Of a stretch of 64,000 nt of DNA, positions 1-8,756 are shown one piece after another. The notes under the pieces are model-generated. The model made no database searches and had not been told where the DNA came from. It worked only from the letters and a program-made list of their open reading frames with translations. The stretch is from the NCBI GenBank assembly GCA_965224025.1, contig OZ245033.1, positions 4,192,001 through 4,256,000 on the forward strand, read 5' to 3'. Numbering within the stretch: the first letter of the stretch is position 1; every line of letters starts with the position of its first letter. Position numbers and translations under genes: made by a program. The DNA comes from Candidatus Multivorans sp. (GTDB taxonomy: Bacteria; Acidobacteriota; Thermoanaerobaculia; Multivoradales; Multivoraceae).

Positions 1-287
1 TTCAGGCGCTCAAGCCAGCAGCGGATACGGACCGGGTCGCCGTACTGCGCGGCGCCCCGGTACTTGAGCTGGACCCCGGTGACCATCAGCCAGTAGCCCT
101 CGTCCTCCATGTTCCGGTAGGCCATGCCCGCAACGCGGCAGTGGTGGGTCCGGGCCAGCTCGAACCACACCAAGTAGTTCGAGTGATGGACCACTCCCAT
201 CTGGTCCGTCTCCTTGTAGCGGACCTCGATGTCGACCTCGCTCGCCGGTACCTCGCGGCCAGTCGAATTCACTTCAGTGCCGGTCAT
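1..287 (-). CDS. Acyl-CoA thioesterase, YbgC/FadM hot-dog family (runs off window start)
   Basis: Manual translation MTGTEVNSTGREVPASEVDIEVRYKETDQMGVVHHSNYLVWFELART contains the family DxMGVVxHxNY motif. Its ATG overlaps the GT2 stop (ATGA). Confidence 0.85.
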   Translation of the reverse strand, partial: MTGTEVNSTGREVPASEVDIEVRYKETDQMGVVHHSNYLVWFELARTHHCRVAGMAYRNMEDEGYWLMVTGVQLKYRGAAQYGDPVRIRCWLERL

Positions 288-1045
288 TCCGTACATATCG
301 GGCCGCGACTGTAGCGGAGAACGGTGGTGACGATCTTCCAGCCGGCGCGCACCGTACCGGTGACCGTGCCGGTGATCTTGGAAACGCCGGTACGGCGGCG
401 GTAGCTGACCGGGACCTCCACCACGCGCAACCGGCGCCGCAGGGCCTTGACCTGCATCTCGGCCGTCCAGCCGAAGTTCGGGTCCCGCATCCGCAGCGAC
501 TCCAGCGCCTGCCACGAGATGGCGCGGAAGGGACCCAGGTCGGTGTAGCGGTGGCCGTAGAGCAGACGCACGAGCAGGCAGGCGAACCGGTTGCCCCACC
601 GTGCCTGCGGCAGCAGGGCGCCGGGCTCGGCGGTTCCCAGTACCCGCGAACCGATGACGAGGTCCGCCTCGCCGCGCGCGACCGGCTCGACGAGACCCGG
701 CATCTCCTCGGGATGGTCCGAGTAGTCGGCGTCCAAGAACACGACGATCTGCGGCGGCCCGGTCCGGCGCATGTGATCGAGCGCCGCCAGGCAGGCGCTG
801 CCGTAGCCCTGGACCGGCGCCGGCACGACGTCGGCGCCCACCCCCCGTGCCCGAACCGCCGTCGCGTCCCGCGAGTTGTTGTCGGCGACGACGACCCGGC
901 GCACGAGGCCCGGCGGGATGTCCGCGAGCACCAGACCGATCGAATCCTCCTCGTTGTACGCCGGGACGACGACGTCGATCACGGCGGCGCCGGTCTCGGG
1001 CGCCGGCGCCGCGGCCTTCCGGGCGACCGGCGCGTCGCCGGTCAC
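284..1045 (-). CDS. Glycosyltransferase family 2 (polyprenol-phosphate glycosyltransferase/DPM1-like)
   Basis: Motifs VVVPAYNEE, VVADNNSRD, FLDADYSD, YTDLGPFRAI. The GTG start overlaps the upstream TGA. Confidence 0.88.
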   Translation of the reverse strand: MTGDAPVARKAAAPAPETGAAVIDVVVPAYNEEDSIGLVLADIPPGLVRRVVVADNNSRDATAVRARGVGADVVPAPVQGYGSACLAALDHMRRTGPPQIVVFLDADYSDHPEEMPGLVEPVARGEADLVIGSRVLGTAEPGALLPQARWGNRFACLLVRLLYGHRYTDLGPFRAISWQALESLRMRDPNFGWTAEMQVKALRRRLRVVEVPVSYRRRTGVSKITGTVTGTVRAGWKIVTTVLRYSRGPICTE

Positions 1046-1908
1046 AGTGTGACGCCGAAGCGGTTCCGCAGCGCGAACGCCAGCGCGATCGAGAGGACGA
1101 GGAACGCGATCAGCCAGTGGACGTGGAACAGGCCGAAGAACGAGATCGAGGCGGTGCGGTACTGGACATCGATCCGCTCGACGGGTCCGCCCCGGGGCAG
1201 CGACGGCTCCGCCGGATAGAGCAACTGGTCGAGAATCGCCGCCCGTCGCCGCGTCGGCGAACGGCGGACCCAGCACGCGCCGCCGTCCGGGGCCTCAACG
1301 AAGAGGCTCTTGGTGAACTCCTCGCCGCCAGTGCGTATTACCAGCTCGTGACGTCCCGGTTCAAGGGCGCGCAGCCGCCAGACGACCTGGCGCAGGCTCG
1401 GCACCCACACCGCCGGCGTCTCCACCGCGATGCCAGGCGGCGTCCCGAGGTCGACCTCAGGCCGCGGCACCGCTTCGCCGCCGACCGCCGGTTCCGAACC
1501 CGGCGCTGCCAGATCGACGGTCAGCACTGTGCGCTCGCCGACCTTGAGACCCTCGTAGCCGTAGTGAAACTGGAGTTGGGCGATCACCAGCACGAACGGC
1601 ACAATCATCCACAACAGCGGTACCAGGTTGAGCCGCAGGTAGGTCAGGTTCTCGCGCAGCAGCCGCAGTTGGGCCGCCAGTACCGCGCGCAGGTCGTCGT
1701 TGAACAGCCGCACTTCAAGCAGATGCGCGAACAGGCGCCGTTTGACCGCGGCGAGCGCCGCCTGGTTCGAGGTCCAGCGGTAGACCAAGAGCGCGAAAAT
1801 GCCCGACACCAGCGCAACAAGCGTCACCGGCACGATCGGCGGCAAGGCCGCGAAGGGGCCGAGCAGCAGGTCGAAGACGGCCCGGAGAGCGGCGTTGACG
1901 AAGGACAT
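1042..1908 (-). CDS. Three-TM membrane protein, DUF106/EMC3(Oxa1 superfamily)-like, with inserted beta-rich extracytoplasmic domain
   Basis: Order is amphipathic N-helix, TM1, coiled coil, TM2 (LVPLLWMIVPFVLVIAQL), beta-rich domain, TM3 (HWLIAFLVLSIALAFALRNRFGV). The CDS is secure; the family call is inference. Confidence 0.6.
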   Translation of the reverse strand: MSFVNAALRAVFDLLLGPFAALPPIVPVTLVALVSGIFALLVYRWTSNQAALAAVKRRLFAHLLEVRLFNDDLRAVLAAQLRLLRENLTYLRLNLVPLLWMIVPFVLVIAQLQFHYGYEGLKVGERTVLTVDLAAPGSEPAVGGEAVPRPEVDLGTPPGIAVETPAVWVPSLRQVVWRLRALEPGRHELVIRTGGEEFTKSLFVEAPDGGACWVRRSPTRRRAAILDQLLYPAEPSLPRGGPVERIDVQYRTASISFFGLFHVHWLIAFLVLSIALAFALRNRFGVTL

Positions 1909-1938
1909 TGGAAGGCGAGGCGGGACCGGTGACGGCCG

Positions 1939-2133
1939 CTAGGAGATGTACCCGAGGCCGCGGAGCCGCTTCTCGATCTCCTCCCTCGACTCGGCGCCCT
2001 CCAGCTTCGCCAGCTCCTTCTCCAACGCGTGGGTGATGAACTCCTCGACCGACGAGTAGCCAGCGATGTCGCTGTAGCGCTTCACCCGCGCGATGAGCTC
2101 CTTGTCGAGCTTGACTTTGCCGCCGCCGAACAT
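1939..2133 (-). CDS. Small ribbon-helix-helix-like protein (64 aa) ending in EEIEKRLRGLGYIS
   Basis: Strong AAGGAGG RBS before the ATG. VKLDKELIARVKRYSDIAGYSSVEEFITHALEKEL fits a CopG/RHH pattern. Confidence 0.75.
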   Translation of the reverse strand: MFGGGKVKLDKELIARVKRYSDIAGYSSVEEFITHALEKELAKLEGAESREEIEKRLRGLGYIS

Positions 2134-2153
2134 GCTTTCCTCCTTGTTTCCGG

Positions 2154-4241
2154 CTAGAAGCCGCCGGATGCGGGCGAGACGCCCGGGTGCCACTCCGCGC
2201 GCCCGAGGACGGGCGCGCGGAGTGGTTCGCGGGTGGCGCGGGTCGCGCCACCCGGGTTCCCAGGCTCGGATGCCGGCGGAAACGACGCAACGCCGTACTC
2301 GGCCAGGATCGAGGCCGCGAGGTCGGTGATGCCGCCGGCCGGCCGGCCGAGCGGGCGGCTGACCAGCAGCACCCCCGGCACGACCCGGTGATCCATCATG
2401 TGGTCGCCGCTCCAGGCGCTGTCGTTGTCCGTGAACACCTCGCCGACGACATCGCCCGACGCCGACTCCGTTGCCCCCCGGAAGCCCTTCGCGTAACCGA
2501 CGATCAAGTCGGGACCGATCGGGCTCTGATCCTGGAACGCGTAGTCGTCGCGCAGGTGAACCTCCGTTATCGCGTGCTCGCCGGTTTCCGGATCGACCGC
2601 CGCCAGCAGTTCCGTTCTCAGTTCCTCGATCAGCTCGAGCCGTTCCGCCGCCGTCACGACGCCGTCCCGCTCGCGGCCACGGAGATTCACGTAGAGACCC
2701 GAGAAGCCGATGCCGTAGGCCCGGGTGCGTTCCCAGTCGACGTTCGCCAGGAAACCGGGGTCGGCGTACGGATCCGTGCTCTTGGCCGCCAGGTAGCCCT
2801 TCTCGAGCAGCCAGCCATTCAGGTGGAACGCGCGGCGCCACGAGGCGAAGCCGTGGTCCGACATGACGACGAGGAGCGGTTCCTCTTCGCCGTCGCCGCC
2901 CAGAGCGGCCTCTGCTTCGAGACGGTCGAGCGTCTGCCCGACAATGGCGTCGAGCCCCTCGTAGAGGGTAGGAATCAGGTCGGCGTATGCCGCGTCGAGT
3001 TCCGGATCGTAGACCGGGTGCTCCGGATCGCGCGAGCGCCAGCGGACGTGGCCGATCTGGTCGACGTTGCCGAAGTAGTAGAAGAGAAAGCCTCCCGGCT
3101 GCTCCAGGTACCGATCCAGCACGTAGCCGTACTGCTCCACTACGTCGTCGCCGGCGATCTTCGCCTGGGCCAGGAACTCGGCGGGAGTAAACACGTCCTC
3201 AGTCAGGGTTTTCGTGTCCTCGGGCATCCCCTCCGTGTAGAAGCGATCCACCGCCCTGGCGAGCTCCGCGGCAAAGTCGGGTGGTGTCGAGATGGGTGCC
3301 GAGGGGGCCATCGGATCGTGGTCGATCGGGCTAACGTAGAGTTCGAACTCCGGCTCGAGTGCCCGCAGGTACATGCGGCAGATGCCGCGAAGGTGCTGGG
3401 TCGGCATCATCTCGAAGTCGACCTCAAGCCAGTCACTCCACTCGCCCACCCGGAGCACGATCTGTTGGTCGCCGAGTTCGATCTTGACGCTCTGAGCCTC
3501 TGGATCGATGTAGACGGTGAAAGGCGCGGTCAACTGCTCTGGTTCCCGCAGCAGCGGGTTGTCGGGCCCGAGCAACTCGGCCTCAACCACGTTGTCGTAG
3601 ACGTCGAGTTCGACGATGTCACCGCCGCCGATATCGCGGTCGGCGAACAGTTCCGAGGTGTAGAACGTGAAAGTGCCCTCCGTGCCGAGGACATCCGTCG
3701 TGCCCATGCCCGAGAGTTCCCGGCTCGCCGTGCCCGAGACGGGGAAATTCACCGGCATGCGGAAGACCTGCGTCCGCACGCCGTTCTCCTCCAACACCTC
3801 CCAGAACGGCGTGCCGTGACGGAGCTGCGTGTACTCGCCGCTCGTGAGTGGAAACTGCCAGCGTCCCAGCTTCAGGAACCGGCCGCCCTCCGACGCCCCC
3901 GCGGTGGACGTGTACGGGAACATCGTCGCCGGGTCACGGTGCAGGAAGTCGAAAATGCCGTGTCCGCCGGGGTCCATGCCGGTGACGAAACTCGACCAGG
4001 CGACCGGGCTTTGCGGCGGAATCGTCGTCTCGAGCGGCGTGAAGCTTCCCATCGCCTCCAGGCGCGCAAAGTTCGGCAGCCGACCCTCGTCGATCAACTG
4101 GCGCGTCAGTGCGTAGTCGAGGCCGTCGAAGCCGAGGACGACAACCTTCGGCCCTTCGGACGGGCCGACACCGTCGCCGCCGCACGAGCCGAAGAGGGCG
4201 GACAGGGCGACCGCAGCCGCTGCCGGATACGACCGTTTCAC
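2154..4241 (-). CDS. Alkaline phosphatase superfamily protein (type I phosphodiesterase/nucleotide pyrophosphatase-like), probable lipoprotein
   Basis: Motifs VLGFDG, TIPPQSPVAW (Ser nucleophile), VMSDHGF, SGDH. N-terminal signal ends in FGSC. Confidence 0.85.
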   Translation of the reverse strand: MKRSYPAAAAVALSALFGSCGGDGVGPSEGPKVVVLGFDGLDYALTRQLIDEGRLPNFARLEAMGSFTPLETTIPPQSPVAWSSFVTGMDPGGHGIFDFLHRDPATMFPYTSTAGASEGGRFLKLGRWQFPLTSGEYTQLRHGTPFWEVLEENGVRTQVFRMPVNFPVSGTASRELSGMGTTDVLGTEGTFTFYTSELFADRDIGGGDIVELDVYDNVVEAELLGPDNPLLREPEQLTAPFTVYIDPEAQSVKIELGDQQIVLRVGEWSDWLEVDFEMMPTQHLRGICRMYLRALEPEFELYVSPIDHDPMAPSAPISTPPDFAAELARAVDRFYTEGMPEDTKTLTEDVFTPAEFLAQAKIAGDDVVEQYGYVLDRYLEQPGGFLFYYFGNVDQIGHVRWRSRDPEHPVYDPELDAAYADLIPTLYEGLDAIVGQTLDRLEAEAALGGDGEEEPLLVVMSDHGFASWRRAFHLNGWLLEKGYLAAKSTDPYADPGFLANVDWERTRAYGIGFSGLYVNLRGRERDGVVTAAERLELIEELRTELLAAVDPETGEHAITEVHLRDDYAFQDQSPIGPDLIVGYAKGFRGATESASGDVVGEVFTDNDSAWSGDHMMDHRVVPGVLLVSRPLGRPAGGITDLAASILAEYGVASFPPASEPGNPGGATRATREPLRAPVLGRAEWHPGVSPASGGF
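2164..2264. repeat. Composite palindromic REP/BIME-like element (family A), inside the 3' end of a CDS
   Basis: Near reverse complement of 27748-27848; three consecutive GC hairpins. Confidence 0.8.
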
Positions 4242-6388
4242 GCCGCGGCTCCCACCGCACCGCCGATGCCGGATGCAGCCGGATCGAAGACGGACTCACC
4301 CTCCATGTAGCCCGGCTTGTCGACGCCGAACAGGGCCAGAGCGGTAGGCGCCATGTCGAGAAGGGAGAGGTCGTCATCCCGGTCGACCGGCCGGCTGCTG
4401 AAGAAGACGCCCGGCACCAGCCGCGGGTCGACGCAGTGGTCGCCGCTCCAGGCCTTCGTGTTGTCGGCGAATATCGGGCCCGCGACCACGCCGACGGCAC
4501 AGTCCCAGGACACGCGGTAGCCGTCGTTGTAGCCGATGATGAGGTCGGGGGCATTGCCCTTGTAGGGACCGGTGTACAGGTCCTCGGCGTCGAAGGCGGC
4601 ATTGATGCCGACCGCGGCCCGCTCCTCGTCGCGCAGACCGCTCCAGGCCGAGATGAGTTCGCGCTTGAGCGCCCGCGTCTGGTCGCCCGGCTCGACGATG
4701 CCTGAGGCCTCGCGGCCCTTGAGGTTCAGGAACACGCCGGCGAGACCGAGCGCGTAGGCCCGCGTGCGCGACCAGTCCACACCCTCCAGCCACTCCTCGC
4801 TGCCGTCGGCGTCCTCGCGCAGCACCAGGTAGCCGTGGTCGAGCAGCCAGCGGTTCAGGTTCACGCCGCGCCGGAAGGAGGCGAAGCCGTGGTCCGAGAG
4901 CACGATCAGGAGATCGTCGTCGCCGAGTTTCTCCATCACCCGCCCGACCAGGGCGTCGTTGTGGCGATAATGGTCCTCGATCGCGCGGCGGTGCTTGCCG
5001 CCGTTCCCGTTCGCCGCCGCCGGATGGCCGTTCTCCATGTAGCGCCAGAACATGTGCTGGATGCGGTCCGTGGCGTCGAAGACGCACGTCAGGCTGCCCC
5101 GCCGCAGGCGCTCCAGGGCCGCAAAGAACATCTCCTCGCGCTCGCGGTCGATGTCGTACGACTGCTGGAGGAAGGTCGCGTCGTCGGTCACGCCCTCGTT
5201 GAGCGCGGTGGTGTCCTCCGCGAGACCGAGAGTGGCGAAGTCGCCCAAGCGCTTGGCGAGATAAGGCGCGTAGTAGGAGGGATGCGAGATCGGCATTGCC
5301 GGCTTCTCGGGATCGATGTGAATCGCGGTCAGGTACAGGGACGTGTGCTTGCCGGCCTCGGTCAGCATCATCCGGGTCAGGCCGTGGACCTTGACTCCGG
5401 GCGCGGCCCGGAACGGAATCCGCACCCAGTCGGAGAGTTCCGCCCGCTTGAGCTCGACCGTATCGCCCGCCACCGTCACCGTGGCTGACTCCGCCTCGCG
5501 GTCGACCCGCACCGTCATCGGCACGCGCAGCGGCGGCGGCGGGTCACCATCGAGGAAGCTGTTCTCGGGCCCCTCGACCACGCAGTCGAAGTGGTCGGGG
5601 CCGGCGCCGTTGGAAGCGAGCGGCACGCGCACGCCGCCCTCCCGGATCGTCTCCGCCGCCGGACGCGTCGTGTAGTAGAGGAACGTGCCCTGACTGCCGA
5701 CCAGGTCCGGCACGCACATCGCCGCCAACTGGGCGCCGTAGAACCGGTCCGGCGGGAAGGTGATCGGAACCCGGAGCACCGTGCTCCAGACGTTGCGTTC
5801 GCCGAGCACGGTCCAGAACGGCTTTGAGCGCCGAAGCATGCGGATCTCGGGCTTCTGCAACGGAATCTTCCACTTGCCGAGCTTCAGGAACCGCTCCACG
5901 CGGCCGATGTGGGCCGACGACAGCTTCGGCAGGTAGCTACGCAAGTCGCGGTCCAGGAAGTCGAAGATGTTGTGCTTGCCCGGATTGGCCCCGGTCGCGA
6001 ACGTCGACCAGGCGACCGGCGACAGCGCCGGGTAGGTGCTCGCGATCCGCCGGTAGCTCCCTTGCTTGCTGAGGCGCTTGAAGTGAGGCAGCTTGCCCTC
6101 CTTCATCATCCTCTCCGTCAGGCGGGGATCCTGGCCGTCGAGACCGACGAAGACCAGCCGCTTGACGTGCGCCTTGGGCGGCTTCTTCCGCCTGACGACC
6201 CGCCACAGCGTCCGCACCGGCCAGGCCAGCAGCGAAGCAAAGGCCAGCGCCACCGTCGCCAGCAGCACCAGGAACGACGACATCAGCGCGAACCCGGCCC
6301 CGGGGCCGATGTAAGCGGCCGCCGGCGCCGCGGCGAAGAGCGCCGCGAGAAGTGCCAAGGCGGCGGTCCTTGGGTGGGAGGGTGACAT
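4238..6388 (-). CDS. Alkaline phosphatase superfamily protein (phosphodiesterase-like), membrane-anchored
   Basis: Motifs VGLDG, TYPALSPVAW, LSDHGF, SGDH. Signal-like helix, AYIGPGAG, TM helix and basic RRKK. Start chosen at MSPSHP. Confidence 0.85.
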   Translation of the reverse strand: MSPSHPRTAALALLAALFAAAPAAAYIGPGAGFALMSSFLVLLATVALAFASLLAWPVRTLWRVVRRKKPPKAHVKRLVFVGLDGQDPRLTERMMKEGKLPHFKRLSKQGSYRRIASTYPALSPVAWSTFATGANPGKHNIFDFLDRDLRSYLPKLSSAHIGRVERFLKLGKWKIPLQKPEIRMLRRSKPFWTVLGERNVWSTVLRVPITFPPDRFYGAQLAAMCVPDLVGSQGTFLYYTTRPAAETIREGGVRVPLASNGAGPDHFDCVVEGPENSFLDGDPPPPLRVPMTVRVDREAESATVTVAGDTVELKRAELSDWVRIPFRAAPGVKVHGLTRMMLTEAGKHTSLYLTAIHIDPEKPAMPISHPSYYAPYLAKRLGDFATLGLAEDTTALNEGVTDDATFLQQSYDIDREREEMFFAALERLRRGSLTCVFDATDRIQHMFWRYMENGHPAAANGNGGKHRRAIEDHYRHNDALVGRVMEKLGDDDLLIVLSDHGFASFRRGVNLNRWLLDHGYLVLREDADGSEEWLEGVDWSRTRAYALGLAGVFLNLKGREASGIVEPGDQTRALKRELISAWSGLRDEERAAVGINAAFDAEDLYTGPYKGNAPDLIIGYNDGYRVSWDCAVGVVAGPIFADNTKAWSGDHCVDPRLVPGVFFSSRPVDRDDDLSLLDMAPTALALFGVDKPGYMEGESVFDPAASGIGGAVGAAA

Positions 6389-6528
6389 GCTTTCCGGATT
6401 CCAGGCCGTCTTGTCGGACACGGGAGAGACACCTCCCGATCGGTCGGCCCAGCGTGGCTCGACGCGGACCGGGATTCTATCCGCGCCGGGGGAATCCATC
6501 GCCCGGCCGTCACGCATGACCATCTTGC

Positions 6529-6556
6529 CCATACTGCACAGTATGGCTAGTATGGG
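6529..6556. promoter_or_regulatory. Inverted repeat CCATACTG-CA-CAGTATGG plus extra half-site; likely TA autoregulatory operator
   Basis: Perfect 8-bp inverted repeat immediately upstream of the antitoxin ATG at 6562. Confidence 0.6.
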
Positions 6557-6561
6557 TCACC

Positions 6562-6894
6562 ATGAAGACGACCGTCGAGATCCACGACGTGCTCCTGGAA
6601 CGCGCCAGGCGCCGCGCGAAGGAAACGGGCCAGCCACTACGAGCCGTCATCGAGGACGGCCTCCGGGACCTGTTGGCCAAACCGCTGCCGAAGACGAAGT
6701 ACAGGATGAGGGATCTGAGCTACGGCGACCCCAACGATCCCGATCCGCTGGCGCAGTACTCCTGGGAAGAGATCCGCGACTTCATCTACGAAGACAGGTC
6801 GCTAAGGCAGGTAAGGCCGCTTGATCGCCATCGACACGAACATCCTCGTCTACGCTCACCGCAACGAGAGTCCGGTTCACGCCGAGGCTCTTGA
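6562..6894 (+). CDS. vapB: VapB-type RHH antitoxin (DUF2191-like)
   Basis: [35 protein letters not shown], directly upstream of a PIN toxin. The ORF overlaps the toxin by 74 nt. Confidence 0.75.
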   Translation: MKTTVEIHDVLLERARRRAKETGQPLRAVIEDGLRDLLAKPLPKTKYRMRDLSYGDPNDPDPLAQYSWEEIRDFIYEDRSLRQVRPLDRHRHEHPRLRSPQRESGSRRGS

Positions 6895-7261
6895 CCTCCT
6901 CCGAGGCTATTGCGACGGCGACGAGCCGTGGGCCATCCCGTGGCATTGCTGCGTCGAGTTCCTGGGTATTGTCACGAACCGTCGTCTCTGGCGCCAGCGT
7001 GCGACGCCGATGGAAGACGCTTGGCGCCAGCTTGAGGAATGGGCTTCGTCGCCGTCGGTCCGGCTGCTGGCCGAAACGAAGGACTTCCTGCCCGTGTTCG
7101 GCCGGATCGCAGCCCAACCGAGGATCACGGGAGGCCGCGTCCACGACGCCCGCATCGCCGCGATCTGTTTCGCACACGGCGTGACGGAACTTCTGACCAG
7201 GGATCGCGACTTCGCCCACTTCCCCGAACTGCGCGTCCGCGATCCCCTCATCGCAGCGTGA
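6821..7261 (+). CDS. vapC: VapC PIN-domain ribonuclease toxin
   Basis: Motifs [30 protein letters not shown]. Confidence 0.9.
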   Translation: MIAIDTNILVYAHRNESPVHAEALDLLRGYCDGDEPWAIPWHCCVEFLGIVTNRRLWRQRATPMEDAWRQLEEWASSPSVRLLAETKDFLPVFGRIAAQPRITGGRVHDARIAAICFAHGVTELLTRDRDFAHFPELRVRDPLIAA

Positions 7262-7872
7262 CAGCCTCCATCATCCGCCTTTGGCGACGGCTCCGCTACG
7301 GCCGGCCGATCGTCGTCGTCTCCGGCCTGCCGCGTTCCGGTACCTCGATGGCGATGAAGATGCTCGAAGCCGGGGGCATGGAGATCGTGACGGACGGCGA
7401 GCGCGAGGCCGACGAGGACAATCCGCGGGGCTACTACGAGGATGAGCGGGTCAAGGACCTGGCCAACACGCGGGACAAGATCTGGCTCAAGGCATCACGC
7501 GGCCGCGCGGTGAAGGTCATCTCCTTCCTGCTCAAGGACCTGCCTCCGAACCTGAACTACAGGGTCATCCTGATGCGGCGCGACCTGACCGAGGTACTCG
7601 CCTCGCAGCGCAAGATGCTCGACCGCCGCGGCGAGAGGGACGACACGCCCGACGACCGGATGATGGAGCTGTGGCGGGACCAGCTCTGGCGGGTGAACTA
7701 CCTGCTTCGCCACGCGCCGCAGTTCGAGTGGGTCGAGATCGAGTACGGAGAGGCGCTGCGGGACCCCGCGGCGGCCGCCACTCGAATCGCCAGTCTCGTG
7801 GACGGCCTGGACGAGGGGGCGATGGCCTTGGTGGTCGATCCGGCGCTGTACCGGAACCGGGCCGCCCCGTAG
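7258..7872 (+). CDS. PAPS-dependent sulfotransferase family protein
   Basis: 5'-PSB loop VVSGLPRSGTS, NPRGYYE, ILMRRDLTEVLASQ. The GTG start overlaps the vapC stop. Confidence 0.82.
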   Translation: MTASIIRLWRRLRYGRPIVVVSGLPRSGTSMAMKMLEAGGMEIVTDGEREADEDNPRGYYEDERVKDLANTRDKIWLKASRGRAVKVISFLLKDLPPNLNYRVILMRRDLTEVLASQRKMLDRRGERDDTPDDRMMELWRDQLWRVNYLLRHAPQFEWVEIEYGEALRDPAAAATRIASLVDGLDEGAMALVVDPALYRNRAAP

Positions 7873-7997
7873 CTCTCCAGTGCCGATCGCCGCGGATCGG
7901 ATGGCGCTCATAGCCGGTCTGCTATGTTGGTCCCCTCCCGCTAGCCGCCTTCCCAACAGGCGGTCAGCGAGACCGACCAACGAAGAGAAATACTCCA

Positions 7998-8756
7998 ATG
8001 CAGCACGGCATTGAACCCCGCTACCCTCTCGCGGAGGCGGCGAAGATCATCGGGATGCCCACCCCTACGCTGCGGACTTGGTTCTGCGGCTGGCCTACCG
8101 GCAAACCTCCCGTGCTGACTGCCGACGGAGGCGCCGACGCTCCGCTGATCCTCAGCTTCTTCAACGTCGTCGAAGCACGCTTCCTCGATGCGTATCGTCG
8201 AAGAGGCGTTTCCATGCAGCGAGTCCGCCTCGCGTTGGACTTCGTCAGTGAGCATCTGTCCGGTTTCGAGCGGCCGCTCCTAGAGCCCGACTTTGAGACC
8301 GACGGGAAGGCCCTGTTCATCGAACTGCAGGAGGCCAGCGACGCGCCCATGCTCCTGGGCGTCACCGGCGGCGGTCAACTCGTTTGGCCGGAGGCGGTCC
8401 AGGAACACTTCCAATCGCTCGTTTTCGACGATCACGGGGATCCTTCGAGGCTCTGGCTCGACGATCGCCACGACGTAATGCTGGATCCGCGTTTCGGCTG
8501 GGGTCTTCCGGTGATCGCGGGCTCCGGGGTCCGGACTGACGTCCTCTTCGAACGCCTGGAGGCCGGCGAAGGGCTCAATGCCATCGCCGAGGACTTCTCA
8601 CTGGAAACGTCCGAAGTCGAAACTGCCGTGGCCTGGGAACGAGCGGCCAGGCGAGCCGCGCAGCCTGTCCCAGCTGCGAGGCGAATGATCTCCGATGGCG
8701 GCTGGCCCCGTAGACGACTCTTGCCTGACGTTCTTCTTCGACCGCTCGATCGGTAA
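7998..8756 (+). CDS. DUF433-domain antitoxin (VapB45-like: N-terminal HTH plus C-terminal DUF433)
   Basis: YPLAEAAKIIGMPTPTLRTW HTH; LDPRFGWGLPVIAGSGVRTDVL...IAEDFSL DUF433 signature. Confidence 0.82.
   Translation: MQHGIEPRYPLAEAAKIIGMPTPTLRTWFCGWPTGKPPVLTADGGADAPLILSFFNVVEARFLDAYRRRGVSMQRVRLALDFVSEHLSGFERPLLEPDFETDGKALFIELQEASDAPMLLGVTGGGQLVWPEAVQEHFQSLVFDDHGDPSRLWLDDRHDVMLDPRFGWGLPVIAGSGVRTDVLFERLEAGEGLNAIAEDFSLETSEVETAVAWERAARRAAQPVPAARRMISDGGWPRRRLLPDVLLRPLDR

Noticed and set aside
2154-6388. Classical formylglycine sulfatases
   Set aside because: There is no C/SxPxR motif; the motifs are of the phosphodiesterase type.
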